Position numbers and translations under genes: made by a program. Below are positions 9,366-18,225 of a DNA stretch of 32,000 bases, in pieces; within the stretch, counting starts at the first letter, position 1; each line of letters opens with the position of its first letter. The DNA is from Candidatus Saccharimonadota bacterium (GTDB taxonomy: Bacteria; Patescibacteriota; Saccharimonadia; Saccharimonadales; Saccharimonadaceae): NCBI GenBank assembly GCA_016700015.1, contig CP064995.1, positions 30,001 to 62,000 of the forward strand, given 5' to 3'. The notes under the pieces are model-generated. The model was not told the DNA's origin. It did no database searches and saw nothing but the letters and a program-made list of their open reading frames with translations.

Positions 9366-9425
9366 CGATTTGGCAAAGTCGACATCCCCAGCGAAGCCTT
9401 TACGGTCATGCTAAAGCGCGACTAG
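9366..9425 (+). pseudogene. Orphan second copy of the last 19 codons plus stop of lepA
   Basis: CGA TTT GGC AAA GTC GAC ATC CCC AGC GAA GCC TTT ACG GTC ATG CTA AAG CGC GAC TAG encodes RFGKVDIPSEAFTVMLKRD*, identical to lepA 9187-9246. The DNA differs at 11 of the 19 sense codons, all synonymous, plus TAA to TAG at the stop. Confidence 0.8.
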
Positions 9426-9439
9426 TATATACTGGTTAC

Positions 9440-10186
9440 ATGGAAGTCCAGCTTGAAAAGAAAGAAGAGTTCAAAAAAGCACTGGCGTGCTATAGTCCAT
9501 CGCAAGATGCACGTGACACACTTGCCACAATGCCGCTTGTCATACTACTGAGTGTGACCGGTGGTGGACGTAACACAATCATTAATGAACTAGTGAAGAC
9601 TGGCCGCTACCACTATATTGTTTCTGATACGACGCGACCTGCGAAGGTACGAAACGGCAAGCTTGAGCAAGATGGCGTTGTGTACCATTTTCGCACTGAA
9701 GATGAGGTACTGGCGGATATTAAACAAGGGCTATACCTTGAAGCCGAGCTTATTCACGATCAGCAGGTGAGCGGTACAAGTGTTCGTGAGTTAAAACGTG
9801 CTCATGATAGTGGTAAGGTGCCAATCAATGAAGTTGATATTGGCGGCACCGATGCAATTGCGGATGTTAAACCTGACACCCTATTTCTTTTTATCGTGCC
9901 ACCGAGTTATACCGAGTGGATGCGGCGACTAAAATCCCGTGAAGATATGAGCGAGGAAGAACTGGAGAAGCGTCTCACAACCGCAGTGCGCATGTTACAC
10001 ACTGTACTTAGCAGTAAGCGGTTTGTATTTGTAGTCAACGATAGACTATCTGAGGTGGTAAAAACAGTAGACGATTACATCTTGGGTGAGCGGCATGACC
10101 TGCATGACGCCACCGCCAAAGCTGTTGCTTTGCGACTGTATCATCAAATTCTTGAACACTACCCTCATTTGGCGGCTACAGACTAG
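9440..10186 (+). CDS. Guanylate kinase family protein with a non-canonical P-loop
   Basis: Gmk blocks: SDTTRPAKV..G...GVVYHF, YLEAELIHDQQVSGTS, INEVDIGGTDAI, FIVPPSYTEWMRRLKSR. The P-loop reads SVTGGGRNT instead of GPSGxGKS/T. TATACT at 9428-9433 lies 6 nt before the ATG. Confidence 0.75.
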   Translation: MEVQLEKKEEFKKALACYSPSQDARDTLATMPLVILLSVTGGGRNTIINELVKTGRYHYIVSDTTRPAKVRNGKLEQDGVVYHFRTEDEVLADIKQGLYLEAELIHDQQVSGTSVRELKRAHDSGKVPINEVDIGGTDAIADVKPDTLFLFIVPPSYTEWMRRLKSREDMSEEELEKRLTTAVRMLHTVLSSKRFVFVVNDRLSEVVKTVDDYILGERHDLHDATAKAVALRLYHQILEHYPHLAATD

Positions 10187-10223
10187 CACTCTACTTGCAG
10201 GAGTGCTAAGTTTTTGCTATACT
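10183..10223 (+). promoter_or_regulatory. CIRCE operator embedded in the hrcA promoter
   Basis: CTAGCACTC-N9-GAGTGCTAAG at 10183-10210 (consensus TTAGCACTC-N9-GAGTGCTAA). TTGCAG (10195-10200) lies inside the CIRCE spacer, followed by 17 nt and TATACT (10218-10223), then 6 nt to ATG 10230. Confidence 0.85.
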
Positions 10224-10229
10224 AGGCAT

Positions 10230-10943
10230 ATGATAACCGAACGCCAGCGTGCGATTTTGGGTGCGATTATCGAGCAATACGCCGAAATCGCCGTACCGGT
10301 AGGCAGTGTGACACTGGCCAAGCTTTTTGGTGTTAGTAGCGCGACGATTCGTAGCGAGATGGCAAGGCTTGAAGAGGTTGGACTTATTACTGCGCCCCAC
10401 ACTAGTGCTGGCCGTGTGCCGACTGACAAGGGCTATCGACTATATGTCAACGGCATCACAGACGCGCAAATGACGGAACTGCCAAGCGGTATGGATCGCA
10501 GCGCGAGGGCGATTGAAGCGCATGTCAATGCACAGAGCTCTCATGCTGATCGAGCTATACGTAGCGCAGTCGATAGCCTAGTAGAATTGACCGGTAACCT
10601 AGGGTTTGCAACAATCGGTGCGCAGCTCTATATGAACGGTATGGGTAACTTGTTTAGCCAGCCAGAATTTACCGAAGGACGGCACGTACAAGCGGTAGCT
10701 CGACTGCTCGACAATATCGAGCCTTGGCTACGCGAGGCTGCTCCGAACCAGCCGCTCAACGTGTTTATTGGTAGCGAAAACCCAATTGGTAAAAGTAGTG
10801 GCGCCACGCTCATTATCAGTAAATTTCGCTCACCTTACAGCGACAAAAGCTATATTGGCGTGATTGGACCTACTAGGCAAAATTACGCTCGCACGATGAC
10901 ACTCGTCAAACGAACAGGTGCGATGTTAGAGGATGTGTTGTAG
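10230..10943 (+). CDS. hrcA: Heat-inducible transcription repressor HrcA (short form, 237 aa)
   Basis: N-terminal wHTH: MITERQRAILGAIIEQYAEIAVPVGSVTLAKLFGVSSATIRSEMARLEEVGLITAPHTSAGRVPTDKGYRLYV. C-terminal IGVIGPTRQNYARTM block. CIRCE lies upstream. The track ORF from 10086 is an over-extension. Confidence 0.9.
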   Translation: MITERQRAILGAIIEQYAEIAVPVGSVTLAKLFGVSSATIRSEMARLEEVGLITAPHTSAGRVPTDKGYRLYVNGITDAQMTELPSGMDRSARAIEAHVNAQSSHADRAIRSAVDSLVELTGNLGFATIGAQLYMNGMGNLFSQPEFTEGRHVQAVARLLDNIEPWLREAAPNQPLNVFIGSENPIGKSSGATLIISKFRSPYSDKSYIGVIGPTRQNYARTMTLVKRTGAMLEDVL

Positions 10944-10956
10944 AGAGGAGTTGAAA

Positions 10957-11415
10957 ATGAGTGTAAAAAAGACTAAACAAGACGAACATATAGCCGAATT
11001 AACCGCTGATCTTCAGCGACTTCGAGCCGACTTCGAGAATTACCGTAAGCGAGTAGATCAGGAAAAAGCTTCCGCGCAGAGCACGGGTGAAGCACGAATG
11101 ATTATAAAACTATTACCTATTGTTGATACGATCGAACGGGCAATCAGCCACACCCCGGCTGAACTTGCCGACAACCCCTGGGTACAAGGGATTGCCGCGT
11201 TGACCAAAAGTCTTGATACGGCACTCGGTGGCATGAATGTATTACGGATAGATGCTAGGCCGGGTACTGTTTTTGATCCCGATGTCCATCACGCAGTACA
11301 GTTCGACGAGGATGCAGAAGGTGATGTAGAAGTGATTGCTGAAGAACTTCAGGCTGGCTATATACTAAATGGTTCGCCGGTGCGTGAAGCAATGGTGAAA
11401 GTAACGCGCAAGTAA
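10957..11415 (+). CDS. grpE: Nucleotide exchange factor GrpE
   Basis: LQRLRADFENYRKRVDQEK motif, C-terminal beta domain (GTVFDPDVHHAV, GYILNGSPVREAMVKV). SD GAGAGGAG lies upstream. Confidence 0.92.
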   Translation: MSVKKTKQDEHIAELTADLQRLRADFENYRKRVDQEKASAQSTGEARMIIKLLPIVDTIERAISHTPAELADNPWVQGIAALTKSLDTALGGMNVLRIDARPGTVFDPDVHHAVQFDEDAEGDVEVIAEELQAGYILNGSPVREAMVKVTRK

Positions 11416-11483
11416 CCCACATTATCCACATAACAACCTGAAATAACGCAATTTTCTGCTCACTACCTCTATAAAAAAACATA

Positions 11484-11522
11484 CTAGCACTCTTGACACG
11501 AGAGTGCTAGTTCGTCTAAAAT
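11484..11522 (+). promoter_or_regulatory. CIRCE operator embedded in the dnaK promoter
   Basis: CTAGCACTC-N9-GAGTGCTAG at 11484-11510. TTGACA (11493-11498) lies inside the CIRCE spacer, followed by 18 nt and TAAAAT (11517-11522). A leader of about 75 nt with SD GAAAGGA precedes ATG 11600. Confidence 0.85.
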
Positions 11523-11599
11523 GGAGATATTGGCAGTCAATGCGAGAGACTGCCAGGACTTTGATCCAACTTTATAACGTAAATGAAAGGAATACTTAT

Positions 11600-13501
11600 A
11601 TGGGAAAAATTATTGGAATTGATCTTGGAACAACAAACTCAGCGTTTGCTTACCTTGTAGCCGGCAAGCCAGAAGTTATCGCCAATGCTGAGGGTAATCG
11701 CACCACGCCGAGTGTGGTCGCTGTCAACAAGGGTGGCGAGCGGCTTGTGGGTCAGGTGGCGCAGCGTCAGCGCGTGACTAACGCTAAAAATACCATCTAT
11801 GGTATTAAGCGTCTAATCGGTCGCAAGTTTGACGATAAAGAAGTCCAAAAAGATATCGATATCATGCCGTTTGAAATTGTAAAGCATCAGAGCGGTGTTG
11901 GTGTAAAGATGGCAGGCAAAGAGTATACTCCTGAAGAAGTTTCGGCGATGATCCTCAGCAAGATCAAAGCTGATGCTGAGGCCTTTTTGGGTGAGAAAGT
12001 CACCGAAGCGGTCATTACTGTTCCAGCTTACTTTGACGACAGTCAGCGCCAGGCTACTAAAGATGCAGGTAAGATTGCTGGGCTTGAGGTAAAGCGTATT
12101 ATTAATGAACCGACGGCTGCTGCACTTGCCTACGGACTAGAAAAAGGCAAAGAAGAAAAGATCGTCGTCTTTGACTTGGGTGGTGGTACCTTTGATGTTT
12201 CGATTCTTGAGCTAGGCGACGGTGTGTTTGAAGTCAAGAGTACTAACGGTGATACCCATCTTGGCGGTGAGGACTTTGACAATACAATCGTCAACTACTT
12301 TATTGACGAATTTAAAAAATCAGACGGCATTGACCTCAAAAAAGACAATGCTGCCATGCAGCGTTTGAAGGATGAAGCCGAAAAAGCTAAAAAAGAGCTC
12401 TCAACCGTCACTGAGTACGAAGTGAACATTCCATTTATCACAGCCGATGCTGATGGGCCAAAGCACTTTGAGTTGAAGCTTAGCCGCGCCAAGCTCGAGG
12501 AGCTAGTCGCACCGCTGCTTGATCGCCTGGATGGGCCAGTTGAAAAGGCCCTCAAAGACGCCAAGCTCAGCAAAAGCGATATCAATGAAGTGGTGATGGT
12601 TGGTGGTATGACCCGCATGCCAGCTGTAGTTGAACGTGTTAAGAAACTCTTTGGCAAAGACCCTATGCAGGGTGTAAACCCAGACGAAGTGGTGGCAATT
12701 GGTGCCGCAATTCAGGGTGGCGTGCTGGCGGGTGATGTGAAAGATGTACTGCTGCTTGATGTGACGCCGCTGTCGCTTGGTATTGAAACCATGGGAGGTG
12801 TGTCAACTAAGCTGATTGAACGTAATACCACCATCCCAACCAGCAAAAGTGAGACCTTTAGCACGGCGAGTGATAACCAACCGCAGGTAGAAATTCACGT
12901 ACTCCAAGGTGAGCGCGAGTTCGCAACTGACAACAAATCGCTTGGTCGTTTTGTACTCGACGGTATCGCTCCAGCTCCACGCGGCGTGCCACAAATCGAA
13001 GTAACCTTCAACCTTGACGCCAATGGTATCTTGAACGTCACCGCCAAAGATAAAGGTACTGGCAAGGAGCAGTCAATTACCATCCAAAACTCAGGCAACA
13101 TGAGCAAAGAAGATATCGAAAAGGCGCAAAAAGAAGCTGAGATGCATGCCGATGAGGACAAGAAAAAGCGTGAAGCGGTAGATTTAAAGAATCAGCTCGA
13201 AAATGCCATCTACCAGGCGAAAAAGATGCCCGATGAATATAAAGACAAGATTAGTGATGACGACAAGAAGACTATCGAGGAAGCGGTTGCCGAAGCTGAA
13301 AAGCATAAAGAGGCTACCGATAAAGACGAGCTTGAAACTGCCATCAAGTCGCTCAATGACGCCATCATGCCGATCGGTGCCAAGATGTATCAACAGGCTG
13401 CCGAAGAGCAAAAATCTGGAGATGCCGTAGGCGGTGACGATAAGAAGAAGTCAAAGAAAGATGACGAGGCCGTCGAAGGCGAAGTCATCGACGAAAAGTA
13501 A
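11600..13501 (+). CDS. dnaK: Molecular chaperone DnaK (Hsp70)
   Basis: [19 protein letters not shown] and [10 protein letters not shown] signatures over the full length. The track ORF from 11504 is over-extended. Confidence 0.98.
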   Translation: MGKIIGIDLGTTNSAFAYLVAGKPEVIANAEGNRTTPSVVAVNKGGERLVGQVAQRQRVTNAKNTIYGIKRLIGRKFDDKEVQKDIDIMPFEIVKHQSGVGVKMAGKEYTPEEVSAMILSKIKADAEAFLGEKVTEAVITVPAYFDDSQRQATKDAGKIAGLEVKRIINEPTAAALAYGLEKGKEEKIVVFDLGGGTFDVSILELGDGVFEVKSTNGDTHLGGEDFDNTIVNYFIDEFKKSDGIDLKKDNAAMQRLKDEAEKAKKELSTVTEYEVNIPFITADADGPKHFELKLSRAKLEELVAPLLDRLDGPVEKALKDAKLSKSDINEVVMVGGMTRMPAVVERVKKLFGKDPMQGVNPDEVVAIGAAIQGGVLAGDVKDVLLLDVTPLSLGIETMGGVSTKLIERNTTIPTSKSETFSTASDNQPQVEIHVLQGEREFATDNKSLGRFVLDGIAPAPRGVPQIEVTFNLDANGILNVTAKDKGTGKEQSITIQNSGNMSKEDIEKAQKEAEMHADEDKKKREAVDLKNQLENAIYQAKKMPDEYKDKISDDDKKTIEEAVAEAEKHKEATDKDELETAIKSLNDAIMPIGAKMYQQAAEEQKSGDAVGGDDKKKSKKDDEAVEGEVIDEK

Positions 13502-13504
13502 TCT

Positions 13505-13534
13505 AAAAGTGCCGTGCGAGCGGCACTTTTATCG
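13505..13534 (+). terminator. Rho-independent terminator after dnaK
   Basis: AAAAGTGCCG-TGCGAG-CGGCACTTTT followed by ATCG. Confidence 0.8.
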
Positions 13535-13551
13535 AGATAGGAGCGGATAGG

Positions 13552-13932
13552 GTGTGGGGACAAATTAATACGGCTGTTGACGCAGTGAAAAATGGCTTGG
13601 ATGCCCAAATTGCACTGGCAACGGCGGAGCAAAAAGAGCAGCTAGCTGATGCAAAAATTGCGCTCGCTGACATCAAGATAGCTATAGCTAAGCTAAAAGA
13701 AGAAAATGCCGCGCTAAAAAAGCGAAATGATTTAGCGAACAAAATTACGTCGAGCAGTAAGTGCTACTCGATGGATATCGGCAACGGGCAAAAGCGTGCG
13801 ATATGTACGAAATGCTGGGAGGACGACGGAAAGGCAATATCGCTTAATAACTTAGGAAACGGAGCAGAATGTCCTAAATGCAAGAACTGGTATGAGATAG
13901 ATGAAAATCAGTTCGAAAACCTAAAGGATTAG
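13552..13932 (+). CDS. Small coiled-coil protein with a C-terminal zinc ribbon (hypothetical)
   Basis: GTG start 9 nt after TAGGAG. The N-terminal ~65 aa are Ala/Lys/Glu-rich heptad-like (AKIALADIKIAIAKLKEENAALKKRN). C-terminal CTKC-x17-CPKC. No family recognised. Confidence 0.55.
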   Translation: MWGQINTAVDAVKNGLDAQIALATAEQKEQLADAKIALADIKIAIAKLKEENAALKKRNDLANKITSSSKCYSMDIGNGQKRAICTKCWEDDGKAISLNNLGNGAECPKCKNWYEIDENQFENLKD

Positions 13933-13982
13933 CGAGAGGGAGTAAGGCCTAACTATAAAGTGTTACTTTGCATGATCCGATT

Positions 13983-15107
13983 TCATGCGTGGTGATCACC
14001 GGGAAGAGTCAAGAACAACGCTGCCCATACCATACCAGGGTCGCTGCGGTAAAACGGCGCATAGTACCAGCTGCCGTCGCTGTTGACCAGCTCTGGGTAG
14101 TTGCCGTGGCGCTCGATAAGAGCGGCAAAGTTGTCGTACTGTTGCTGATACTCGGGCCGATCGTAGCGCTTAAGGAGATGCAGGTAAAAGGTTGCGTGCC
14201 AAGTCCAGATAGTTGTGCCGGTATAATTTGGCATCGCACGGTTGCCCATGCCAAAGCGAAACTTCCACACATGCGGTTGGTTGGTATAGCGTAGCGGCGC
14301 AAGTCGGTTGAGTTTTTGCGCGGTAATGTAGTTAAAGGTACGCGCGGCCTTTTCTGCATCGTCAATGACGCCAAGGAAAAAGGGCATCAGGGCACACTCC
14401 GAACTATAGGCACCATTCCATGTATCAGCATTGAAATAGTCACCGTTCCAGTACTGTCCGAGCAGCTCATCGCGGTAGCGCTCGGGTGGGAAAGGGAAAC
14501 CATCGAGTTTCAAAAGTTCCACACACTTCGCCATACGACCAACCAGTGCAATCGCATAGGCGCTGCGGTCATATACGACGGCATCGCGCATTTCAGCAAA
14601 ATGCACGTCGCGGATAAACCCAGAGCGTGGGTCGAGAAACATTTTGATGTAGCGTCGAAGTTGACGCTCGAGAAAGCTATGCTCGGCGTGATTAAGCGGA
14701 TAGTTACTGACGACGACACTATGCAGTAGCCATGGCAAGGCATCGATGCTCCGTGTCGCGGGTGCATTGAATGTATTGCCGGCGGAGTCGATACATAGTG
14801 TCACCGCACCGGAGCGGCGATAGTAGCGCAGTGCCCAGCGCAGCGTATGGTGAACTTTGTCGCGATGGCCAAGTCGGGTTAATGATTCTGCCACGGTGCC
14901 AAAGTCACGCATCCAAAAGAAATCGAAATGGCCAAGGCTCGTGCGGTAAAAATCACCTTCCCAAAGTTTATTCAACACTTGACGACACACCTGAGATGCA
15001 TCGCCTTCAAACCGTTCAATCGTCCCAAAATAGCGGTTGAAAACTTGCCGGTACAGCGCGCGCAGCGAACCGAGTACAGCCCCAACGGCATGAAAAAAAT
15101 GTTCCAT
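13983..15107 (-). CDS. Cytoplasmic (alpha/alpha)6-barrel glycoside-hydrolase-like protein (GDE_C/GH15/GH63-like; family uncertain)
   Basis: 374-aa ORF, Trp/Tyr/Phe-rich. FDFFWMRDFG motif and overall repeated-helix pattern resemble six-hairpin glycosidases. No signal peptide. Long antisense ORFs across it are shadows. Confidence 0.75.
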   Translation of the reverse strand: MEHFFHAVGAVLGSLRALYRQVFNRYFGTIERFEGDASQVCRQVLNKLWEGDFYRTSLGHFDFFWMRDFGTVAESLTRLGHRDKVHHTLRWALRYYRRSGAVTLCIDSAGNTFNAPATRSIDALPWLLHSVVVSNYPLNHAEHSFLERQLRRYIKMFLDPRSGFIRDVHFAEMRDAVVYDRSAYAIALVGRMAKCVELLKLDGFPFPPERYRDELLGQYWNGDYFNADTWNGAYSSECALMPFFLGVIDDAEKAARTFNYITAQKLNRLAPLRYTNQPHVWKFRFGMGNRAMPNYTGTTIWTWHATFYLHLLKRYDRPEYQQQYDNFAALIERHGNYPELVNSDGSWYYAPFYRSDPGMVWAALFLTLPGDHHA

Positions 15108-15156
15108 TGATTACCAGTATAGCGGTTACGATAAAGATCGACAAACTAGATGCGAA

Positions 15157-15972
15157 TTATGATTCTCGGAATGAAGCGAGGATACGTTTCATCTCAGCCT
15201 CATGCTTACCAAGGTTACTGGGTGAAGTCCAGGCACTAATAATGTAGTAGCCACGAGTCGTTTTAATATAGCGTTCATAGTAGGTATAGTTGTGAAGATC
15301 GTAGGCTGCAGTGATTTTGTAGTCAATTTTAGTGAGATTGTCTGGGTTGGCAACGGTTCCACTTGGGAGTAACGTGCGCGCAGAACCAGTAAAGCGTGTA
15401 TCGGTTTGGAAGGATTTGAACGATTGATCAGCATACGCTTCTATCGTGGTTCCCGTCGGGACATCTACTGTTTCTTGAAAATACACGATGACAGATGGGC
15501 TTCCTGAGGGTTCACTTTGAGCGAGTTTTGCATCAGTATATTCATCGCTAATATCTATATAGCTATTGGGGACAGAAAGTGTAATCCCATTCGCCGATAC
15601 ACTACGCTCAGCTGCTGATAAACCCGAATCACTGTTTGTTAGGGAGCTGGAGCCTGATGATGATTTTGGCTTGAAGTCATCTGGGTGAGCGATGGCATAG
15701 ATGATAAACGCTGTGGCTACAATAAATCCTAAAATCATGCCAATCAGGTTGAGAATCCAACCGACCCGAGAGAGAACAGGTGACACGCCGGCTTTTTTGG
15801 CTTTGCTCGCGCCAATTAGCCCTAGTACAAATCCAGGCAAGCTAAAAAACAGGAAAACACAGACGATGCTAGCGATGCCAAATCCATCAGTATATGAAGG
15901 GGGCAATACGGTAGGCTGAAGTGTTGGCGCAGCTTGCTCTGGTGCCGATATTGGGTGATGTGCTGTTGTCAT
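15157..15972 (-). CDS. DUF4190-like membrane protein with an extracytoplasmic C-terminal domain (hypothetical)
   Basis: Pro-rich N-terminus, two TM helices (GFGIASIVCVFLFFSLPGFVLGLIGASKAKKAG ... ILNLIGMILGFIVATAFIIYAIA), Ser-rich linker, beta-rich domain of about 160 aa. Confidence 0.75.
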   Translation of the reverse strand: MTTAHHPISAPEQAAPTLQPTVLPPSYTDGFGIASIVCVFLFFSLPGFVLGLIGASKAKKAGVSPVLSRVGWILNLIGMILGFIVATAFIIYAIAHPDDFKPKSSSGSSSLTNSDSGLSAAERSVSANGITLSVPNSYIDISDEYTDAKLAQSEPSGSPSVIVYFQETVDVPTGTTIEAYADQSFKSFQTDTRFTGSARTLLPSGTVANPDNLTKIDYKITAAYDLHNYTYYERYIKTTRGYYIISAWTSPSNLGKHEAEMKRILASFRES

Positions 15973-16025
15973 GATACCTATATTATGTATCTCAGAGTTC
16001 TTTGCCGCAATAGCTTTGTGATGAA

Positions 16026-16406
16026 TTATGCGATAGCAACAAGTTCGATGTCGAAAACCAGATCGCTGTTTGGGGGAATATTGCTCGCAGCCCGAGCTGA
16101 GCCATATGCCATCTCGCTGGGTATGACGAGCCGTCGCATTCCGCCTACTTTCATACCAGGTACACCCTGTGACCAGCCACGGATTACTTGGTCAAGTCCG
16201 AACGTGATAGGCCGCCCTATGTCATGACTGCTCTGAAAAATAATACCGTTTTTGCATAGAGCACCAGTATAGTGTGCGGTGATAGTAGCGCCAGGTTTCA
16301 CGGTAGCGCCGGTGCCTTCGCTGATATCAATAACTTGCAGTGAGTCAACTGCTGCCGCAGGGGAAAAGTCAGTGAGTTTGGTTCCTTCGTATTTTTTCAT
16401 AAGCAT
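16026..16406 (-). CDS. FKBP-type peptidyl-prolyl cis-trans isomerase
   Basis: HYTGALCKNGIIFQSS...PITFGLDQVIRGWSQGVPGMKVGGMRRLVIPSEMAYG...IPPNSDLVFDIELV is the canonical FKBP fold signature. The start may be the second ATG at 16400 (TATACT at 16413-16408 plus 7 nt). Confidence 0.92.
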   Translation of the reverse strand: MLMKKYEGTKLTDFSPAAAVDSLQVIDISEGTGATVKPGATITAHYTGALCKNGIIFQSSHDIGRPITFGLDQVIRGWSQGVPGMKVGGMRRLVIPSEMAYGSARAASNIPPNSDLVFDIELVAIA

Positions 16407-16522
16407 AAGTATACGCTATAACGGACAGAAGTGTAAGGAGTATGTCAGCATCCACTTGGTACCGATCAAAAAGATACCACTAAGTGCTTGTGCTTTTTAA
16501 TGCCCAGGGGTACCATAATGAT

Positions 16523-18169
16523 ATGGACCTACAGGGTGAGCTAACAAAGGTTATTAGTGGTGAAGTTGACACCAGTGACAAAACGCGTGAATTTTATAGT
16601 CACGACGCGAGTTTGTTTGAACTAAGGCCGAAGGCCGTACTATTTCCGCGGCATGCTGATGATATAAAAGCTGCCGTGCGTTTCGTCAATGAGCACAAAA
16701 AAGACATGCCAGACCTTAGTCTTACTGCACGTTCGCGTGGGACCGATATGTCCGGGGCGGCTATCAATGATTCGCTTATTCTCGATACAAGTAAGTACAT
16801 GACTGCACTTCACGATGTTTCTGCCGAGCGGGCGACCGTACAGCCGGGCATGATGTACCGCGATTTTGAAGCGGAAACACTAAAATACGGTAGTATCTTA
16901 CCAAGCTATCCGGCCAGCCGAGAGTTAGCGGGCATGGGTGGGATTGTCAATAACAATTCCGGTGGGGAAAAATCTCTACAATTTGGCAAAACTGACCGCT
17001 ATGTGCAGCACATGAAGATGGTTCTGGCAGACGGCAACGAATATGACATACGACCGCTTGATCGCGATGAGCTTAATGGCAAAATGGATGCTAATGACTT
17101 TGAAGGTAATCTGTACCGCCGCACATTTGAACTGCTCGATCAGCATTACGATGAAATCAAGGCGGCAGCTCCTAAAGTAACGAAAGACTCGACGGGCTAT
17201 CATCTGTGGGATGTGTGGGATCGTGACAAGGGTATATTTGATCTTACGAAATTGTTTGTAGGCGCACAGGGAACGCTGGGTATCAATACTGAAACCACGC
17301 TTGGATTAGTGCCCAAGCCCGAGCACTCGGGGACGCTCGTGTGTTACCTGAAATCAATCGACAATTTGGGCGAGATTATACCGGCCGTACTCGATGAAAA
17401 GCCGGCCACGTTTGAATGTTTCGATGACAATACGTTATGGCTTAGTTTCAGGTTTATCTTTGCATTTATTAAGCGTCTTGGATTTGTGACTTGGCTTATC
17501 ATGTGCTTGCAGTTGATACCTGATGGACTCGCGTTAGTGCGCGGTGTCCCCAAACTCATCATGTTGATTGAATTTACCGGCGACAGTACTGATGAGGTAA
17601 AACAAAAAATTCACACTGCCAAAAAAAATCTGCAAAGATTTAATTTTAGCTATATGGAGGAAGATGATACCGAAGCGGACAGTCGTAAATTCTGGCTGAT
17701 GCGACGTGAGAGTTTTAATTTGCTACGAAGTAAAGTGAAAGAAAAGCATACTGCACCATTCATCGATGACCTCATTGTACCGCCAGCGCGGCTTTCGGAG
17801 TTTTTGCCGCAAATTCGCGACATAGTGAAAAAGTATAGATTACTAGCAACCATTGCTGGACATCTTGGCGATGGCAACTTTCATATTATCCCGCTCATGA
17901 AAATTGAAGATCCTGCGGAACGCGCCAAGTTTGAGCCGGTTATGAAAGAAGTTAATAACTTAGTCATAAAGTACGGTGGCAGTGTGAGCGGTGAACATAA
18001 CGATGGCATGATTCGCGGGCCTTGGCTGAAGGAAATGTACAGCCCGTCGGTACTTGGCTACATGAAAGAGATCAAAGAACTCTACGATCCGCTCAACATA
18101 TTCAATCCGCATAAAAAGACCGATGCTACGTGGGAATATAGCTTTAGCCATATTCGCGACCACTTTTAG
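16523..18169 (+). CDS. FAD-binding oxidoreductase (FAD-linked oxidase/PCMH family, GlcD/D-lactate dehydrogenase-like)
   Basis: N-terminal FAD_binding_4-like region (VLFPRHADDIKAAVRFVNEH, RSRGTDMSGAAIN, GIVNNNSGGEKS). C-terminal oxidase domain (GHLGDGNFHI, GGSVSGEHNDGM, LFNPHK). Confidence 0.85.
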   Translation: MDLQGELTKVISGEVDTSDKTREFYSHDASLFELRPKAVLFPRHADDIKAAVRFVNEHKKDMPDLSLTARSRGTDMSGAAINDSLILDTSKYMTALHDVSAERATVQPGMMYRDFEAETLKYGSILPSYPASRELAGMGGIVNNNSGGEKSLQFGKTDRYVQHMKMVLADGNEYDIRPLDRDELNGKMDANDFEGNLYRRTFELLDQHYDEIKAAAPKVTKDSTGYHLWDVWDRDKGIFDLTKLFVGAQGTLGINTETTLGLVPKPEHSGTLVCYLKSIDNLGEIIPAVLDEKPATFECFDDNTLWLSFRFIFAFIKRLGFVTWLIMCLQLIPDGLALVRGVPKLIMLIEFTGDSTDEVKQKIHTAKKNLQRFNFSYMEEDDTEADSRKFWLMRRESFNLLRSKVKEKHTAPFIDDLIVPPARLSEFLPQIRDIVKKYRLLATIAGHLGDGNFHIIPLMKIEDPAERAKFEPVMKEVNNLVIKYGGSVSGEHNDGMIRGPWLKEMYSPSVLGYMKEIKELYDPLNIFNPHKKTDATWEYSFSHIRDHF

Positions 18170-18180
18170 ACGATTTGTAC

Positions 18181-18218
18181 CTAGCACTCTTGCATATAGA
18201 GTGCTAATTCACTATACT
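18181..18218 (+). promoter_or_regulatory. CIRCE operator embedded in the dnaJ promoter
   Basis: CTAGCACTC-N9-GAGTGCTAA at 18181-18207. TTGCAT (18190-18195) lies inside the spacer, followed by 17 nt and TATACT (18213-18218), then 7 nt to ATG 18226. Confidence 0.85.
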
Positions 18219-18225
18219 AATAACA

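Noticed and set aside
16407-16522. Possible leaderless promoter for the FAD oxidase (CATAAT at 16514-16519)
   Set aside because: The spacing to ATG 16523 is only 3 nt, and the alternative hexamer TACCAT is weak. An out-of-frame ATG at 16518 complicates the picture further. The promoter and start are left unresolved.
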